From Takakia lepidozioides (Eukaryota > Plantae > Bryophyta): a stretch of DNA of 64,000 nt. The stretch is from the NCBI GenBank assembly GCA_030704615.1, contig CM060731.1, positions 66,030,001 to 66,094,000 of the forward strand, read 5' to 3'. Every line of letters begins with the position of its first letter. Position 1 is the first letter of the stretch. This document shows, in pieces, positions 11,501 through 25,090 of the stretch. The notes under the pieces are model-generated. The model saw only the letters and a program-made list of their open reading frames with translations, searched no databases and was not told where the DNA came from. Position numbers and translations under genes: made by a program.

Positions 11501-14500
11501 AGGGAGCAAGAGAGAGAGAGAGAGAGCTAGCTAGCTTATATGAAATGGTGCACGCATTGTAGATGAAAATCGAGGCTAACAGGGCGAGGCTGATGCACCA
11601 CACTCAAAGTCTGGCGGAGGGACTAGCAGATCGCATCAAGCAGGTTTCTAAAGGGCAGAGACCGGGAAGTCTTGAGTCCCAGTCCCTAAAAAACGTGCGA
11701 CATCTGCAAAACTTGAGCAACCCTAGTGAAGTTGAAGCAGAGGATGAAACTGAAACAAGGCAGGATGGGTTGCCAAATCGCACCATATCTATCATCTTTG
11801 GAAGTAGTCAAGGTGGCAAAACTGCTGTGCGTCATGAGACGCTTAGTTGGGTCGAGAATGTGCCACCATAGACAACTTGGATCTACTTGGACAGGTATGT
11901 GTGAGGAGAATGCCTAATTTATAAGAGTATGAGTGAGAACTTGCGGCCCAGATTTACGGGTTTTATCATGTACAAGTGTGGGGAGGAGGAGAGAGAAAAT
12001 ATATATGAATGATTGATTTTAGGTAACTATAACTAATGCTACTCCCAGAAACAAATGAACTATCAATGTTATATTGGCTCTTACACTTGGCAACTCTCTA
12101 TCTTAAATCAAGGTGCGTTTGAGAGTGGGGTAATGCAGGAATCATCATATGGTGGTTAAGGAAAACTAATGCTACTCCAGAGACAAATGAACTTGGTTGA
12201 AGCTTTTTCATGTATACTTGTCAGTTTGCAAGTGTCTTATATCAAGGTTTGGGAGTGGGCAATGCAGAAATCACAGTATGGCAGATGATCAATCAGTCGT
12301 GGGACGATGCCGTCTTTATTATGACAATGATGTCATGAAACCCTCATTGCCAGTGATCGCAAGGAAGAAGAGGGTGGGTGTGACCACATTAAGGAAGACC
12401 CTAAACATGACTTCACAAAGGGCGAGGACTACATCATCTGGTGCTTTCTCTCAAATAGCCCCTTTACTTTCAACATCAGGGGCGAATTTTACTAGCTTGA
12501 GTCTTGTTTCCATGAATTTAACCTGTTCCTTAACTAATCATGTCTGTGGAAAGCTAGGCTCAAATTATAGTGCCTGGTTATTCAACATCAATCCTCCATC
12601 AACTAATGGTCTGGAAAGCTACAATTGATTTATGGTAGCCTTGTTAGTGAACAGTAGCTCCTTGAAAAATTCTTATTTCTATTCAAGCACTTTCTTGAAA
12701 TCAATAATGACATTTGACCCACTCTTAGATTCACGAGTTCAAAGGCATGATAGAGAAGTATGAAAATATTTAATACACTCTAGACCTGCCTACGGTGGAT
12801 GCTGTGTAGTCAAGCTTGTTCAGCTTCAAAACACTGAATGGTGAACACAGCTTACCCTTGCCAGAACACTGTGAACTATTTCAGATCATTGCAAGAAACC
12901 ACACCTTATTGCTGTAGCCATTGAGATTTATCAGGATAATTGCAAGACACCGAACATTATGAACATTTGCTACTTGTTTCTCAGGCTTACACACCCCATA
13001 TTGTAAAATGGGGTGACTGCGTATGCATCACAACACCTCACAATCTATTGGTGGGCCAAGATTTGTGAGCTTTTTAATGGTAGTGACATTAACTCACATC
13101 AATAGTAGACAACAGATGTACCTATTGACCAATGCTTAGTGGATGGTAGGATACTAACATTTTGAGATGAGTGCCAGACAGTTTCAATCAACTAGGGCTT
13201 GGAGAAAGATGGCATCTGATCCACTAGGGCTACTGCTTGGAACTCAGCTCCAAATGCGCTCGCACACTCTGAAATACAATTTAGTCTCAGGGAGCAGTAG
13301 AGAGCATACAATGACAAAGAACGAGTCATACCTCGGATGTAAGTATTGCCCAAGAAATTCTCTCACCTTGTGGATGTGCAGGATGGCTATCCAGGAGCAA
13401 GGGGTGAGTTCAGAGCTCATCCATGAGCTAAATTTATGGACATTGAACGGGAGGGTATTGAGGTAGTTAATAACGTCCTCTCTCACTCCGAACTTTGTCT
13501 TAACAAACACTTGTAAGGTCTCATCGAAGTATAGATTCCTTATGGCCTCCTAATGCAAAAAGTGAACCTCACATGTCATTGTGCTTCATGATATGCCCTC
13601 CACCTTACAGAATTACTGGAATTTTAACAAAGGTTTTATGATTGTGGTGGCTGCTTTTTGAGGGCCCCACTTTTCTGTCGTATTTCCTTTGAGCTTCCCG
13701 TGGACGTTTAATAAGGTCCTTTCTTTTTTGGCTCTGGTTTTGTTTCCTCTCTGGTTAAGACGAAGACTCCAAAGACAGACGTTTGTTGGGAAGAGCAATT
13801 CTTCCCCCGGCGGCCGGAAAACGTCAGCTCAAGACCCGACTTGGGCTGATGCCTGGATAAAAGTTAAAGAAGCTGTCAATGAAGAATTGTGTGCTCCACT
13901 TCATGAAGATGTCACTTACAAACCAGAAGTTGCGGTGCAACAGCCGTCGGCCAATGCAAGTGAACCCACAGATCTGCTTACAGCCCTGGATTCTTTGACA
14001 ATCTCTTTTGCCGACGTCTACCACTTCTATCGAGTGTTGATGTGAGGGTGCCTCTCTCCCTGCTTTGAGACCTTCAAAACGTGTAACCAAACTCAACGTT
14101 CTGGGTGTAGATATAGATAATGGGCTATCAAACTGGTAGCATCACAGTCTCCTCATGGTGTCAGTCCACTACTTATCCTCATCTCTCCTACTGTGCTACT
14201 ACAGGTATTTACCTGAACTGAAATCTAAGTTTAAGCAGAGGTCATTCCAGTTGGCATGCAGATGATGCTAACTTCCTCCCGTGTTTTCCTTACTGTAAAC
14301 CCTACCTGCATTTTCCTGTATCTCTTATACATCAAATTCACTGTCTTATAACACCAGAGTCTGAAGTATTGCAAACAATGACATATCATCATTAAGCTTA
14401 GTTTGAATAAATGATGGTCTCGGAGTGGATCTGCGGTGAAGAATTAATTGAAGGTAACTTAAGGGTGACTGGTTGTGGCAATTGATTGCAAGTTGCATGG

Positions 14501-16365
14501 CTGATCCCAGCCTCTCATCCACCCAGTAAGCTTGACATGCTTGCTATATGTATATTGCATACCCCTCCTTCCATTCTCTCGCTTTTCAAGTGAAATGAAA
14601 CAGGAGTGAGAGGAGTGCTTGCATCTGGACGTCCTTACATGTTGAAGTTGGATTTTTATAATATGCCGTAGCTCAATAGGGACCAAGAAAATGTGTCCAT
14701 GAACTCAATGGATTTCTCTGCAGAGTGAGAGGCAAGCCCCTTGGAGTGGCGCGAACGAATCTGTTCCCCCGACTCCATGTGGCAAAGATTGCTACTCTTG
14801 GGGCCCCCAAAATTTCAGAGCTGTTTAAATGTGCTCACTTGTGGGCAGAATGGGAAGATCGTCTTAAAAAAATTCAAGGCATTACATCCATTAGCTGGGA
14901 AATGGTGGGACTGGATTGCACTACCCATTTGGAATTATGTTTGCCTTTGGTGGTATCTTGAATGCATACAAGAGTTGGAGGCAGAAATTTCATCTTGGTG
15001 CAAAGCATACGACTACATCTGTTTTGAGGGGCTCAATGCAAATGGCAACAGCATGTTTATGAATCACGCATGTCATTTCGGGAGCTCATGAGCTGCGTAG
15101 GGGGTTTGATATAGTGCTGATGTTGGTAGCTCTGTTTCCATTTACTGGAAATTGTGCTGCTGGCAGTCTCGTCTCTCAATCAGTGAGCCACACTCTTCAT
15201 CAATCATTGTGGAGTCTGGATGTCAATGAAGGAGATGAAGTCCCCTTTAGAAGTAGAGAGCAGCAACCAGTCTTTTCTCATTCTCAGAAAGAGGAGGAGA
15301 GCGAGGGGGAGGGGACAAAGGACTCTTGGGCAAAGAACTTGGGGGCCACATATGACTCATCACTAGTGAGAGAAGCACTGGATAATACAGTTGAATTTTC
15401 GCAAGAGCAATGGCATCTGAGAGTCCTGAGCTTCTGGGAGAGAAAGAACCTGACGTACGAGTAAGTAACATGTCAAAGGTTTTCAAGCGTCGAGAGACAA
15501 GAGCAAGGACAGAAGACGACATGTGCAAATCCTGGAAGTCTCAGCAAAGCCATGAAGAATCTATGGCATCCCATGAGAGTGGGATGCAAGAATAAATATG
15601 CAACTCAGCAGGAGGTATATGCTCCTCAACCATCAAAGCAAGGCACGCAATTGGATGCAAGATAACATTTAGAGAGAGGGTGCCGTGGAGGCTAAGGTTC
15701 TCCTGACCATTTGAATATTGAAATGGCCATTTGAACTTGAATTTGAATACTAGTACCATTTTTATTATTTTTATTATTTTTTAAAAGCCGTATCCGAGTT
15801 CATATTTCCAAGTTATTGACATTCAGATACCCACAGTATCCCCATAGCAGTAAGCCTTCACGGCCCGGGGTGGTTATTTTTTCCACTTCTTCGTACCTTC
15901 ATCCATCCTTTAATAAATTTCCAGGGCCTCTGTCCCCTGTTTGAAAACCACCTATGCATACCAGATTCGTACTTGAAATTCAGGGGCTGCATTATTGGAA
16001 AACCTACCTGCCGTAAAAAAAAATAGCACTGCATACCAGGACCCTTTTGGTATTTCCAATCCAAGATACCAGACCAACACCTCACTTAACTGAGTGTTAA
16101 GTGAGTATGTCACCAACTTTAGGGGCTGTTATTCATGGAGGTGATTTGTTAGTGGCCAGAATGGATTACTCCTTATCTGATCCAACTAGTTTACAAGTGT
16201 ATATTGAACATAAGAATTACAAAGGTGTTTTAACAAAGAGGAGAGTAGGTATTCAACAAATATCACTCTTTTTGTCATTCCGAGTGTATATTTTTACAGA
16301 GTAAGAAAATCATAACATTTATGATGATATAACCAAAAAACAGGTACAATTTATCCAAGGTCGAC

Positions 16366-16975
16366 TGTAGTGAATCTTTCTTGGACTTTGGATAGATTAA
16401 TCGGTACAAGGAGATAACAATACTTGCACACTTGGATTCAAGTTTTTCTCAAGGGTATTGTGGAAAAGACAACTCCAATTTAAAGCAAATAAGCTCATGT
16501 AAGACATTAATGTGACATTTCATCCATTGTCTTGCAGCACTTGTTTTGCTTTCCACGATTATATAGTAGCTAGTGTAGGCTCTTAATTAGAATCTTGATT
16601 TCTCTTATCCAAATCATTCTCGGTGTGTGGTATAGGTGTAGAGCAATTCGTATTGTGATCTGTCTCATTCAACTTGTTTGTAATTTACTTTGTAGTTATA
16701 GTGAATATTTCTTGGACTATGGATAGATTGATTTGTACAAGGACATAACAATACTTGCGCACTTTCATTCAAGTTTCTTTCAAGGGTGTTGTGGCAAAGA
16801 CAACCTCAATTCATAAATTGAGGTAGGACAATGTGACATTTCAGTCATTGTCTTGCAGCACTTGTCTTGCTTTCCACGAGAGAGAAATAGAGAGATATTA
16901 CCTTCTATGTTGTTCAACTTGAACATGAAGAATGATATTTCTCGTTTAATTATGTGAAACAGAGCTCCAAGAATA
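16366..16975. repeat. Two copies of a ~200-290 bp dispersed repeat (third copy at 28896-29185)
   Basis: Shared cttggact-tggatagatt...ataacaatacttgc...caagggt-ttgtgg-aaagacaac...atgtgacatttca...cagcacttgt-ttgctttccacga at ~16366-16558 and ~16692-16975. Confidence 0.85.
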
Positions 16976-18359
16976 CATATCATTTGTTTATTATCAATTC
17001 TCGTGGGCTAGATTGCAGTCTATGACAAAGGAGGACGAGATCAGGAGTTGAGATTCTCAGCAGGTTGCTACGCATACTAGTTCGTTGTTACAAATTGATA
17101 TGTATATTGTGGATGTGATTGGTGGGGATTTTACTAGAGCAGATTTGTTGTACTGCTCCAACGTTGAGGATATATACATAATTTGCGTCATCAGGTCCAA
17201 GTCAGCGCATGGGTGAATTGGAACGGCCAGCAAAACATAAGGACCATCCGGAGCGAATCTTGCTCCGGAGAATCTCAAATTGAAGTTGAATAGGACTGGC
17301 GCCCTCTGAAATGTCCAACCATAAAGGTTGGTCACGTGAGGGCCTTGCATAACGAAGGCATGTACGAGCAAAATTTCAGTTGGAGGCATATGGGTATTCA
17401 CCTGGCCTCCTCCGGAAACGTACATTTGGAACAATGCATCCTCATGTCATCGGATGCGGCTACACAAACTTCACGTTTGAGTCTTTTCTAACATGCACAT
17501 GATCAGTACATTGTCGTCTTAAAAAATCAGAAGGCTCACCTTGAGATTGATGAAGATGGCGTGACTTGTGAAGGGAAGCCGACAGTTCAGCTTATAGGTA
17601 TTATCATAGACCGAGTGATATATGGTTCATGCAGAGGCTCATGATGCCTCCTAAAAGGATGTCTGTGCAGAAGAATAGTAACACCATCCTTGTACAATAT
17701 GAAGCCCCTTGATTCATTCTGAAGTACTCCAAAGAATATGGGATCTGTGTTCAGTAGTTGCTTTTACAACACCTTTCTCTCTCAACATCACTCACCCACT
17801 CCGGGTCAAGTTGATTTACTTGAGAATCGGTTCCTCTCTATCTATGCTCTCATCACCTTGTGCACTCTCTATGGTGTGTTGGCGGGGATAGCTGGCGATT
17901 GGTAGAGTTGTCTACCCAATGCACACCCTACCGCAATTTGCTTGGGTCCCGTGTCGTGCGCATACATATCGCTACACAACTACATCGTTGTCCAAAACCA
18001 CACAACACATATGCACACCACACACTAGTATCCCACTAGTCCACCACTAGTCCAGCCACTAGTCCAAACACTAGGCTACAACTAGTCAGTCACTAGGCTG
18101 CCACTATGCTGCCCACTATGACAGTCACTAATCCACACAATAGCCACAAGATGTGATAGTGACCATAGCCTCATTAAATCCTCCACCACTGTCCCTACTA
18201 CACTCAAACTCGATAGATCAAGAGGCCGGGTGCAAGAGTTGCCCCATCGTAGTCGCCGTCTTGCAACCTGTGAAAACTTGAGCCTGGGATCTCGTGTATT
18301 GATTCCTATGAGCTTGGCCTCCATGTCTTGTTAGCTGCCTCTAGTCATGTCCACTGCCA

Positions 18360-18578
18360 TTATCCCAAGCAGTGTGGACATAACCAATCTCCATCAGGAA
18401 CCCTCTCAAGAGGTGGTGTCAAGCATCCCATATGCCAACCTCTTGAGCATCGATCACACACCAGCATGGTGGCTGCCTCTTTGGCAGACCCACAGAGCAT
18501 GCACCTCAAAACTGCAGGTACCACTGCCCAAGTTGGGTCAACTCTGCCATCAACATGGGAAGGTGACATGGCGCACAA
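18360..18578 (-). pseudogene. PHD finger at the integrase C-terminus (copy 1)
   Basis: CMLCGSAKEAATMLVCDRCSRGWHMGCLTPPLERVPDGDWLCPHC has the complete C4-H-C3 PHD pattern. Confidence 0.92.
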
Positions 18579-18619
18579 TTACGCACATGGTCCTTCCAAG
18601 TCATGCCATCCCGACCCTC

Positions 18620-19600
18620 CTAGATCAGGACTCCTGAGGGCAACATCTCTCGAACCCTCAGAATAACACGCCCTGCAGTGACATCCAGGGTTGTAGGAGC
18701 AGTCTGCTGCAAATAAACATAGTCACCAGGGCTAAACCTCCGAACCCCAGGACGATATCCTCCACCACGTATAGTGGCATACCTCAACGTATCACGGTGT
18801 TGTGCAATGGCAAGGTTCTCAAAAGCCATGGGCATGACTTTCTTGAACAACTCTGCACGCTGACCACATACACGTACCCACACGTCTGGATCGTCAAGGT
18901 TAAGGACTTGAGCAGTGTCCCTACGAATGGCTGCACGCAAATCCGGCTCTCGGCCTGGTGAGAAGGAGGCAAGTGATGCTTGCTTGCTGAACCTGTAGCC
19001 CATGGCTAACCAAGGTACCTGAAGATCCCAATCTCCTAGGTATCCCTTCTGCAAGCCGTACTTGTGCAAACCCCTCTTCACCGTCTGAACAACTCTCTCT
19101 GCCAAGCCATCGGCCTCAGGATGATCCCGAGAAGTGGTGCGATAGTCTATCAAGGCTTTATCACACAAAGCCTGAAACTCCCCCCAAGAACTTTCTCCCT
19201 TGGTCCGTGAGTACCTCAGCTGGAGCACCGAATCGGCTAAGCACACGATCCAAGAATGCATACACAGCCCCCTCACTAGCCTTGTCAGGAAATGGAACCA
19301 ACTCAATCCACTTGGAGAAGTGCTCCACCATCACCAACACATATCTGTGGTGGCGCATAGTTAGTGACAACGGTCATGCGAAGTCAAGACTCCACCTGTA
19401 GCCCAATCCCATGATTGGTAAATGATGCAACTGTGGTGTAGGGGCGTTGAATGAAGCACGCACCCTGTTATACACCATGCACCTAGCCACGAACTGTTGC
19501 ACCTTTGTATACATACCACACCACCAATACTGCCCCTGCAGTAAACTGTGAGTGCGTCGCACTCCAAAATGCCCCAACTCCTCATGGACATGCCGCACTA
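18620..19600 (-). pseudogene. DDE integrase (copy 1), frameshifted
   Basis: HEELGHFG...CMVY zinc-finger region, WSLDF, LTDQG, HPEADGLAERVVQTVK spread over several ORFs. Confidence 0.9.
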
Positions 19601-20099
19601 ACTGTGCACGCTGTGTGGGGTGGGGAAAAATCCTCACCCGACCATCATCCCATACTCGGAGCAGGTGTATCCCCTCCCACTTGAACCTCTTGGCTCGTTG
19701 CAGGATCCGATCTCTTTCCCTGGCAGTCACAGTGGCTGCCGTGTCTCCCGTGTGGAGGTAGTCCAACACAGCTGAATCCTCATGTATATCTCTGACACCA
19801 CCTGGCTCATCATTAGCCTCAGGGTCCTCAGACACTCCGTCTATAGTCATCCCTGTTGTAGGTCCAACCTGACCTCCCGATGCTAAGATACACAAAAATG
19901 CAGATGCGTGCCATCCCGACACCATCTCCTCGTCCGTCTCACCATGCCACCGAGCTCCAGTGTCATCCTGCTAGCTCGTGCAGATGGTGTCGGCGACTCA
20001 CCATCGATGCATTTTTGTGACCAAACCCGGGATGGTCAACCTGAAAATAAACAGGGATGACTATAGACGCAGTGTCTGGGACCCTGAGGCTAATGATGA

Positions 20100-21340
20100 A
20101 GCCCATCAACCACTTGAGTGGCTGGTGATCCGTGACAAGGTGAAGAGATTGTCGTATAGATAGCACCTGAAGTGTGCCACGGCCCACACTGCAGCTAAGC
20201 ACTCTCCCTCATATGAGCTGTACTTAGCCTCTGCAGCGTTGTTCGAGTGGCTAGCATAAGCCACTACGAACTCTCTTCCCTCATCATCCACCTGTGTGAG
20301 CACCGCTCCAAGCCCCAGCATGCTCCAATCCGTATGCAGCTGAAAGGGACACCCCCTAATAGGTCGTCTCAGGATGGGCGCCGAGGTCAACCTCGCCTTG
20401 AGCTCTTGAAAAGCTCGTTCCTGCTCATCTTCCAACTGCCACTCCTGGTCCACCTTGGTCAGCTTGGTTATAGCCTTTGCAATGGCACTAAATCCCTTGA
20501 CAAACCGTCTATAATAGTTTGCCAACCCCATGAAAGCTCAAACTCGGCTCACATCCGTGGGGCGTGGAATTTGTGCACTGGCCTCTACTTTAGTCTGTTG
20601 TACCCCCAATCCTCCAGGATATATCATGTGACCCAGATACTCAATCTGGTTGTGGAAAAACTTGCATTTCCCCAGATGCAACTTCAATCCGTGCGCTCTC
20701 AAGCGCTCCAATACCACCTGAAGGTATCTCTCATGCTCCTCCACTGTAGCACTAAAGATGATGATGTCAACTATGTAGCACCGAGCAAAGTCCACCCCTG
20801 CTAGAATCCTATCCATGACTCTCTGAAACTCTGCAGGAGCGTTGTTAAGCCCAAATGGTAAGAACCGCCACTGATATAGGCAATCCTTGCCGTGCTCATT
20901 GATCCCCCAGAATGCCGTCTTCTGCTTGTCCGCCTCTTTGATCGGCAACTAGTGATATCCGGATCGTAAATCCAAAGTGCTAAAGACCTTAGCATGCCCA
21001 ATGGCATCAAAGATCTCCTCCGGTGTTGGCATGGCATACTTATCGGACTTGGTTTGACGATTTACAGGCCGGTAATCACCGCACATACGTCTCTCCGTCC
21101 AATAGCCATAGACATCCTTCTTGGCTGGCATCACTGTGGCTCAAGCATACTCTCCACCAAAGAGCTCCACCAAACCAGCCTCCCAGAGATCTTGAGTCCT
21201 CATCTGAATCAAAGACCACTCCATGTCACTGTATCTATAGGGTCTCCGAAAGATTGGCGTGTCAGTGGCCAACTCAATACAAATCTCTTGACCCTTCAGT
21301 GCTCCCAAGTCCTTCAAGTTGAAGGCAAAACAATTCATGT
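20100..21340 (-). pseudogene. Reverse transcriptase and RNase H (copy 1), interrupted
   Basis: RMCGDYRPVN, FSTLDLRSGYH, LPFGLNNAPAEFQ, CYIVDIIIFS (YIDD mutated), YLGH, LHTDWS, YSSYEGECLAAVWAV. In-frame stops are present. Confidence 0.93.
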
Positions 21341-21799
21341 AAGCCCTCAGGAACCACCGTATACGTCGTCTCTCTCCTCCGGTGACAATGGGTCCAATGT
21401 CAGGCTCCCAATTGTCCTCCGTAACTGCAACCTTAAGTCCAGTGGGCTTAGAGGTAGAGGACGCGTCCAGTGGTTGCTATGTTGCAACCTCTTGAGCAGT
21501 ACTCCCTGCCTGCTCAGTCAATGACAAAGCCTCATCCTGCCCCATCATCTCATCCTCGAGGACTTCCTCAACCCGAGAAAAATCCCCAACCTCATCCATC
21601 ACCGCCGCTTTGGCTGCCAACTCCCTCTGAACCTCGAGCACCTCCCACGTGTGCCATGGATGCCTACACCCCGTGGTCCTTACATGCTTGCCCCCACTCA
21701 CTGCCTGTACCGTCTCGGTAGGCAGAGAGACCATCGAGGGAAGTGTACTCCGCACTCTGCGTTGCTCAGCCATAGCCAAGCTGATAATCCAGGTCAAGC

Positions 21800-22720
21800 A
21801 ATTGAGATCCATTGCTTGCCCCAACACCTGACGACGTGATGCCTCAGAAAGAGACGGCACCGCCGTGGTACCAATGGTAAAACCCATTGCCCGCTCACGC
21901 TCGTCAGTATTAGGCTCCACTAACTGCTGCAACTGAGCATCCCACAAGAGGCCAGGTCCACTATTCCGGAAAGCATGCGATCCTGGGAAGCTGAGCAGTG
22001 TAGGTAATGCTACTTATGGTTGACCCACCTTGTTGACCACTGCCAAAGGCGAACGGTCATCGTGTCTCACACGCTGAGACTGCCTCCCTGTGTCCAAAAT
22101 GCTATCCACTATGAGGTGTGCTGGCCGCTGCACCCCATCAAATGCACGCTTGAGCAGTGCGGGTGGCATCAAGTTAGTCCACCATAGCCGTGGACGATGA
22201 GCCCGTGACCCCACTGTAGCTGCATCTAGCAACACTGCTGACCCAAGCCACAACCGGACTTGATACATACTGGCCATCACCCTGGCCCGAGAATCGCCCA
22301 TCAGTGGCACATTCTCCAAGATGTATGCTGGAGATACAGCTTGATGAAGCTGCAAGTGGCGCAAAACCCGCACCATCTTCCAAAACAGACCCGACCTTGA
22401 TTCTCGCAATCCATTGCCATGCCCGGCTGATGAATGTCCTTGGCAGGGCCAACCTGCCACTACTAGATCAATGGAGCCAACCCGCTTGCGCCCCCAGCAA
22501 CGAAATGTCTGCTGGCAAGGCCTGGTGATATCCACAAACTGCAGACACTGGCAACAACTCAGGGTACTGCTGCACCAACTGAGCAACATGGCGAAGTGAA
22601 ACGTGTCGTGCAGTCTCATCCCTCTCCGCATATAGATAATGTCGAACTCGTACACCTGCCTGTAACACAGCAGCCAATCCGGTGCTGATCCCGCCAAACA
22701 AGTCCAGAAGACAAATGCCT
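21800..22720 (-). pseudogene. DNMT3-like C5-cytosine DNA methyltransferase domain inside pol (copy 1)
   Basis: Motif I LLDLFGGISTG, motif IV DLVVAGWPCQ, motif VI YILENV, motif VIII RAHRPRLWWTNL, motifs IX-X ERERAMGF...RRQVLGQAMD. One frameshift (~22490) and one stop (22014-22016). Confidence 0.92.
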
Positions 22721-23129
22721 TCATCCGGATACTGCCACACAATAGGTGTGGTGTCCAATAGAGACCACTGAGGTGGTCCTGGTGCAATCCCCGCAATCTC
22801 CTCCTCTCCTGATGATATAAAAGTCTCTACCCAGGCTTGTTGCACCTGTTGATCAGCAACCTGCTGCAAATCCTTGCTCGTGCCCCACAATGGAGTCTGA
22901 GCAATCATGGCAGGCAACTCCGCCATACCATGCATGTCATCCTGCGCTCCCGGAGGTGACACATCCTCTGAATGAGCGTTGCCCTCAAGCAACTCTCCAG
23001 GCCAACTCACTGCAGCTGTGAATGCTGCTAGTGTCGGCATCTTGCCTCGCTGGGCAACCGCAACTCCTCCTATGAATGTCACAGGGAACTGCACACGCCG
23101 GTCCTCCCTTGATTGCCATCCAGGCCTAT

Positions 23130-23540
23130 ATGAAGCTGACTCCTCCCAAAAATCCAGGGTGAAGCCCATGGGGTACAACACTGCCCCACCAACCAGGACA
23201 TCGTACGAGACCGCATCTGTCACAATGGCCTTGGCTCGCATCACTGAGCCATCTGTAGGGTGATCCGGCCGTAGTCTGATAGCCAACTCACACCGTGTCA
23301 TGCCCCGAGCCTGCTCCGATCCTCCCAGAGATGTCTGTATCTGGAAAGGACAAGGCTCCATATCCGCCTCTGTGAGGCCCAAGCCTGCAATAGCAGCTCT
23401 GCCCAACATCAATGGTTGAGCTCCCGAGTCCAACAAGTCCCACAGTGGCCGGTACCTCTTGTCTGCCGGTCCACTCAAACAGAAAATGGCATCCTGGTTG
23501 TCTAACATGACAACTCCAGGTATCACCATGGCGCGCTCAA
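23130..23540 (-). pseudogene. Aspartic protease (copy 1)
   Basis: LLDSGAQPLMLG active-site motif and downstream YDVLVGG..L, in frame with DNMT motif I (ORF 22468-23661). Confidence 0.85.
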
Positions 23541-24124
23541 TGGCTGGCCTAACTGGCAACTCCATCAACCTGACAGCTGCAGCTTGCCATGGCGTCGCCG
23601 TGGCAGTCTTGACCCTCAAATCCGAGGATCCCTCCGGCACTACACCTCCCACTATCTCCACAGAAGATTAAGTAACCTCCCTACTCTCACAAAATGTAGC
23701 TGCCAGCCTGAACACCTCAGCTGGTCTTACCCCCGACGTCGCAATCATGGTAGCCGAGAACAATGGAGCCTGACACACAGATGTGGCCGCTCCCAGCAGC
23801 ACACTAGCTGCCGTAGCCTTGGCAACACTAGGTAGTGGTGCTACCCGTGTAGCTCTCCCCAATGGCATAGTAACCTCCGCCTCGGTAACAGTTGGGAAAG
23901 AACTAGGTGCCATGGATGGCGTCGACACTATCTCCGCCAATGTGAATAACTGAGGGAGCCTAGCCTGACGGCTTGCCTCCCCACGCTGTAGATCCAACTC
24001 CGCCTCTGCACCTCGTGGCTCAGGAACTCGTGCTGCTCCTCAAGTCACGGCTGCAGCAGACTCCACCTGCACTACTGGTAGTGCTGCTCCGCACATGAAT
24101 CCCATGTCTCCCATATCTCCTCCC

Positions 24125-25090
24125 TCAAGAGCAGGGAAGTGGTGTCTCCTTAGCAAATCCCACCATGACCATGTTGAGCTCTATCCGCTCTGCTAGCAAA
24201 AACACATTTGCTAAGGTGGGTTGGGCCGCTTGTAGGAGAGTTGCATCCCACACCCTTCTCCTCAGCTCCTTGTCCAATATCCCATACCAAAATTGGACTG
24301 CTTGAGCTTCCGTAATCCCTTGGGTTACATTTATCAAGCGCCTCATGCGAGTGAAAGCCTCTCTCAAGCTCTCAGTCGGCTTCCGTTGGAACTCTTGCAA
24401 GCTCCGCAACTTCTCTGTCCTCATCCCTTGGTAGTTCCTTCTTAACTCTTCGAAGAACTCCACAACAGGGTTGAAGGCAGGCACCGCCACTGGTGCTAGT
24501 GCAGCAGTAGCTTGGGTGGACGTCGTAGCTACGGTATCACCAGTCCTATTAGTCCCACTGCTGCTTGCTGAAGCTGCCGGTGCAGCGGCAGGTGTAGCCA
24601 CTGCCCTCGTGGCTCTAGTGCCCCTAGTGATGGAGACATAGTCGGGTGACCAGTACATCCTCCACTCCTCGATCTCAACCTCATGCCCCCGCCTGAACTC
24701 ATGGTAATCATCCATAGGCGGCCCCTCAAGGTGCTGAAACAGCCCCTTCCATGCCATGAAAGACGTAAATAGTTGTGGATTGCATATTTGCTGCAAATCA
24801 CACCAACTATCAAACTCTTGGATAAAATCATCCAACTCGATGGTGACCACTGCCCCAGAGTACCTTCGTGGCCGCTTGGTAGCTCCATAGATCTCCTCCA
24901 TTGTGTCCCATAACAATGACAAGGAAATAACTTGCACCGCCGGTGTGAGTCCTCCTGATTCACAATCCGAATCCGAACCTTCCGTAGAAGACACGAGAGG
25001 TGAAGGTGGCCTAAACCGCACACCTCGTCTCGTGTACCCACTAGTATCGCTAGTGCTCAAACCGGCACTGTCCCCAGCAACTAGTGGCAC
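24125..25090 (-). pseudogene. Gag (capsid-like) ORF (copy 1), nucleocapsid region deleted
   Basis: RYSG...LDDFIQEFDSWCD and LQEFQRKPTESLREAFTRMRRL...QFWYGIL resemble retrotransposon Gag. The CCHC knuckles seen in copy 2 are missing. Confidence 0.8.

Noticed and set aside
21800-22720. Host DRM/CMT/MET1 gene or bacterial contamination
   Set aside because: The domain is intronless, in frame with the retroviral-type protease, at the same position in both TE copies, has no permuted motif order or BAH/chromo domain, and is flanked by plant genes.
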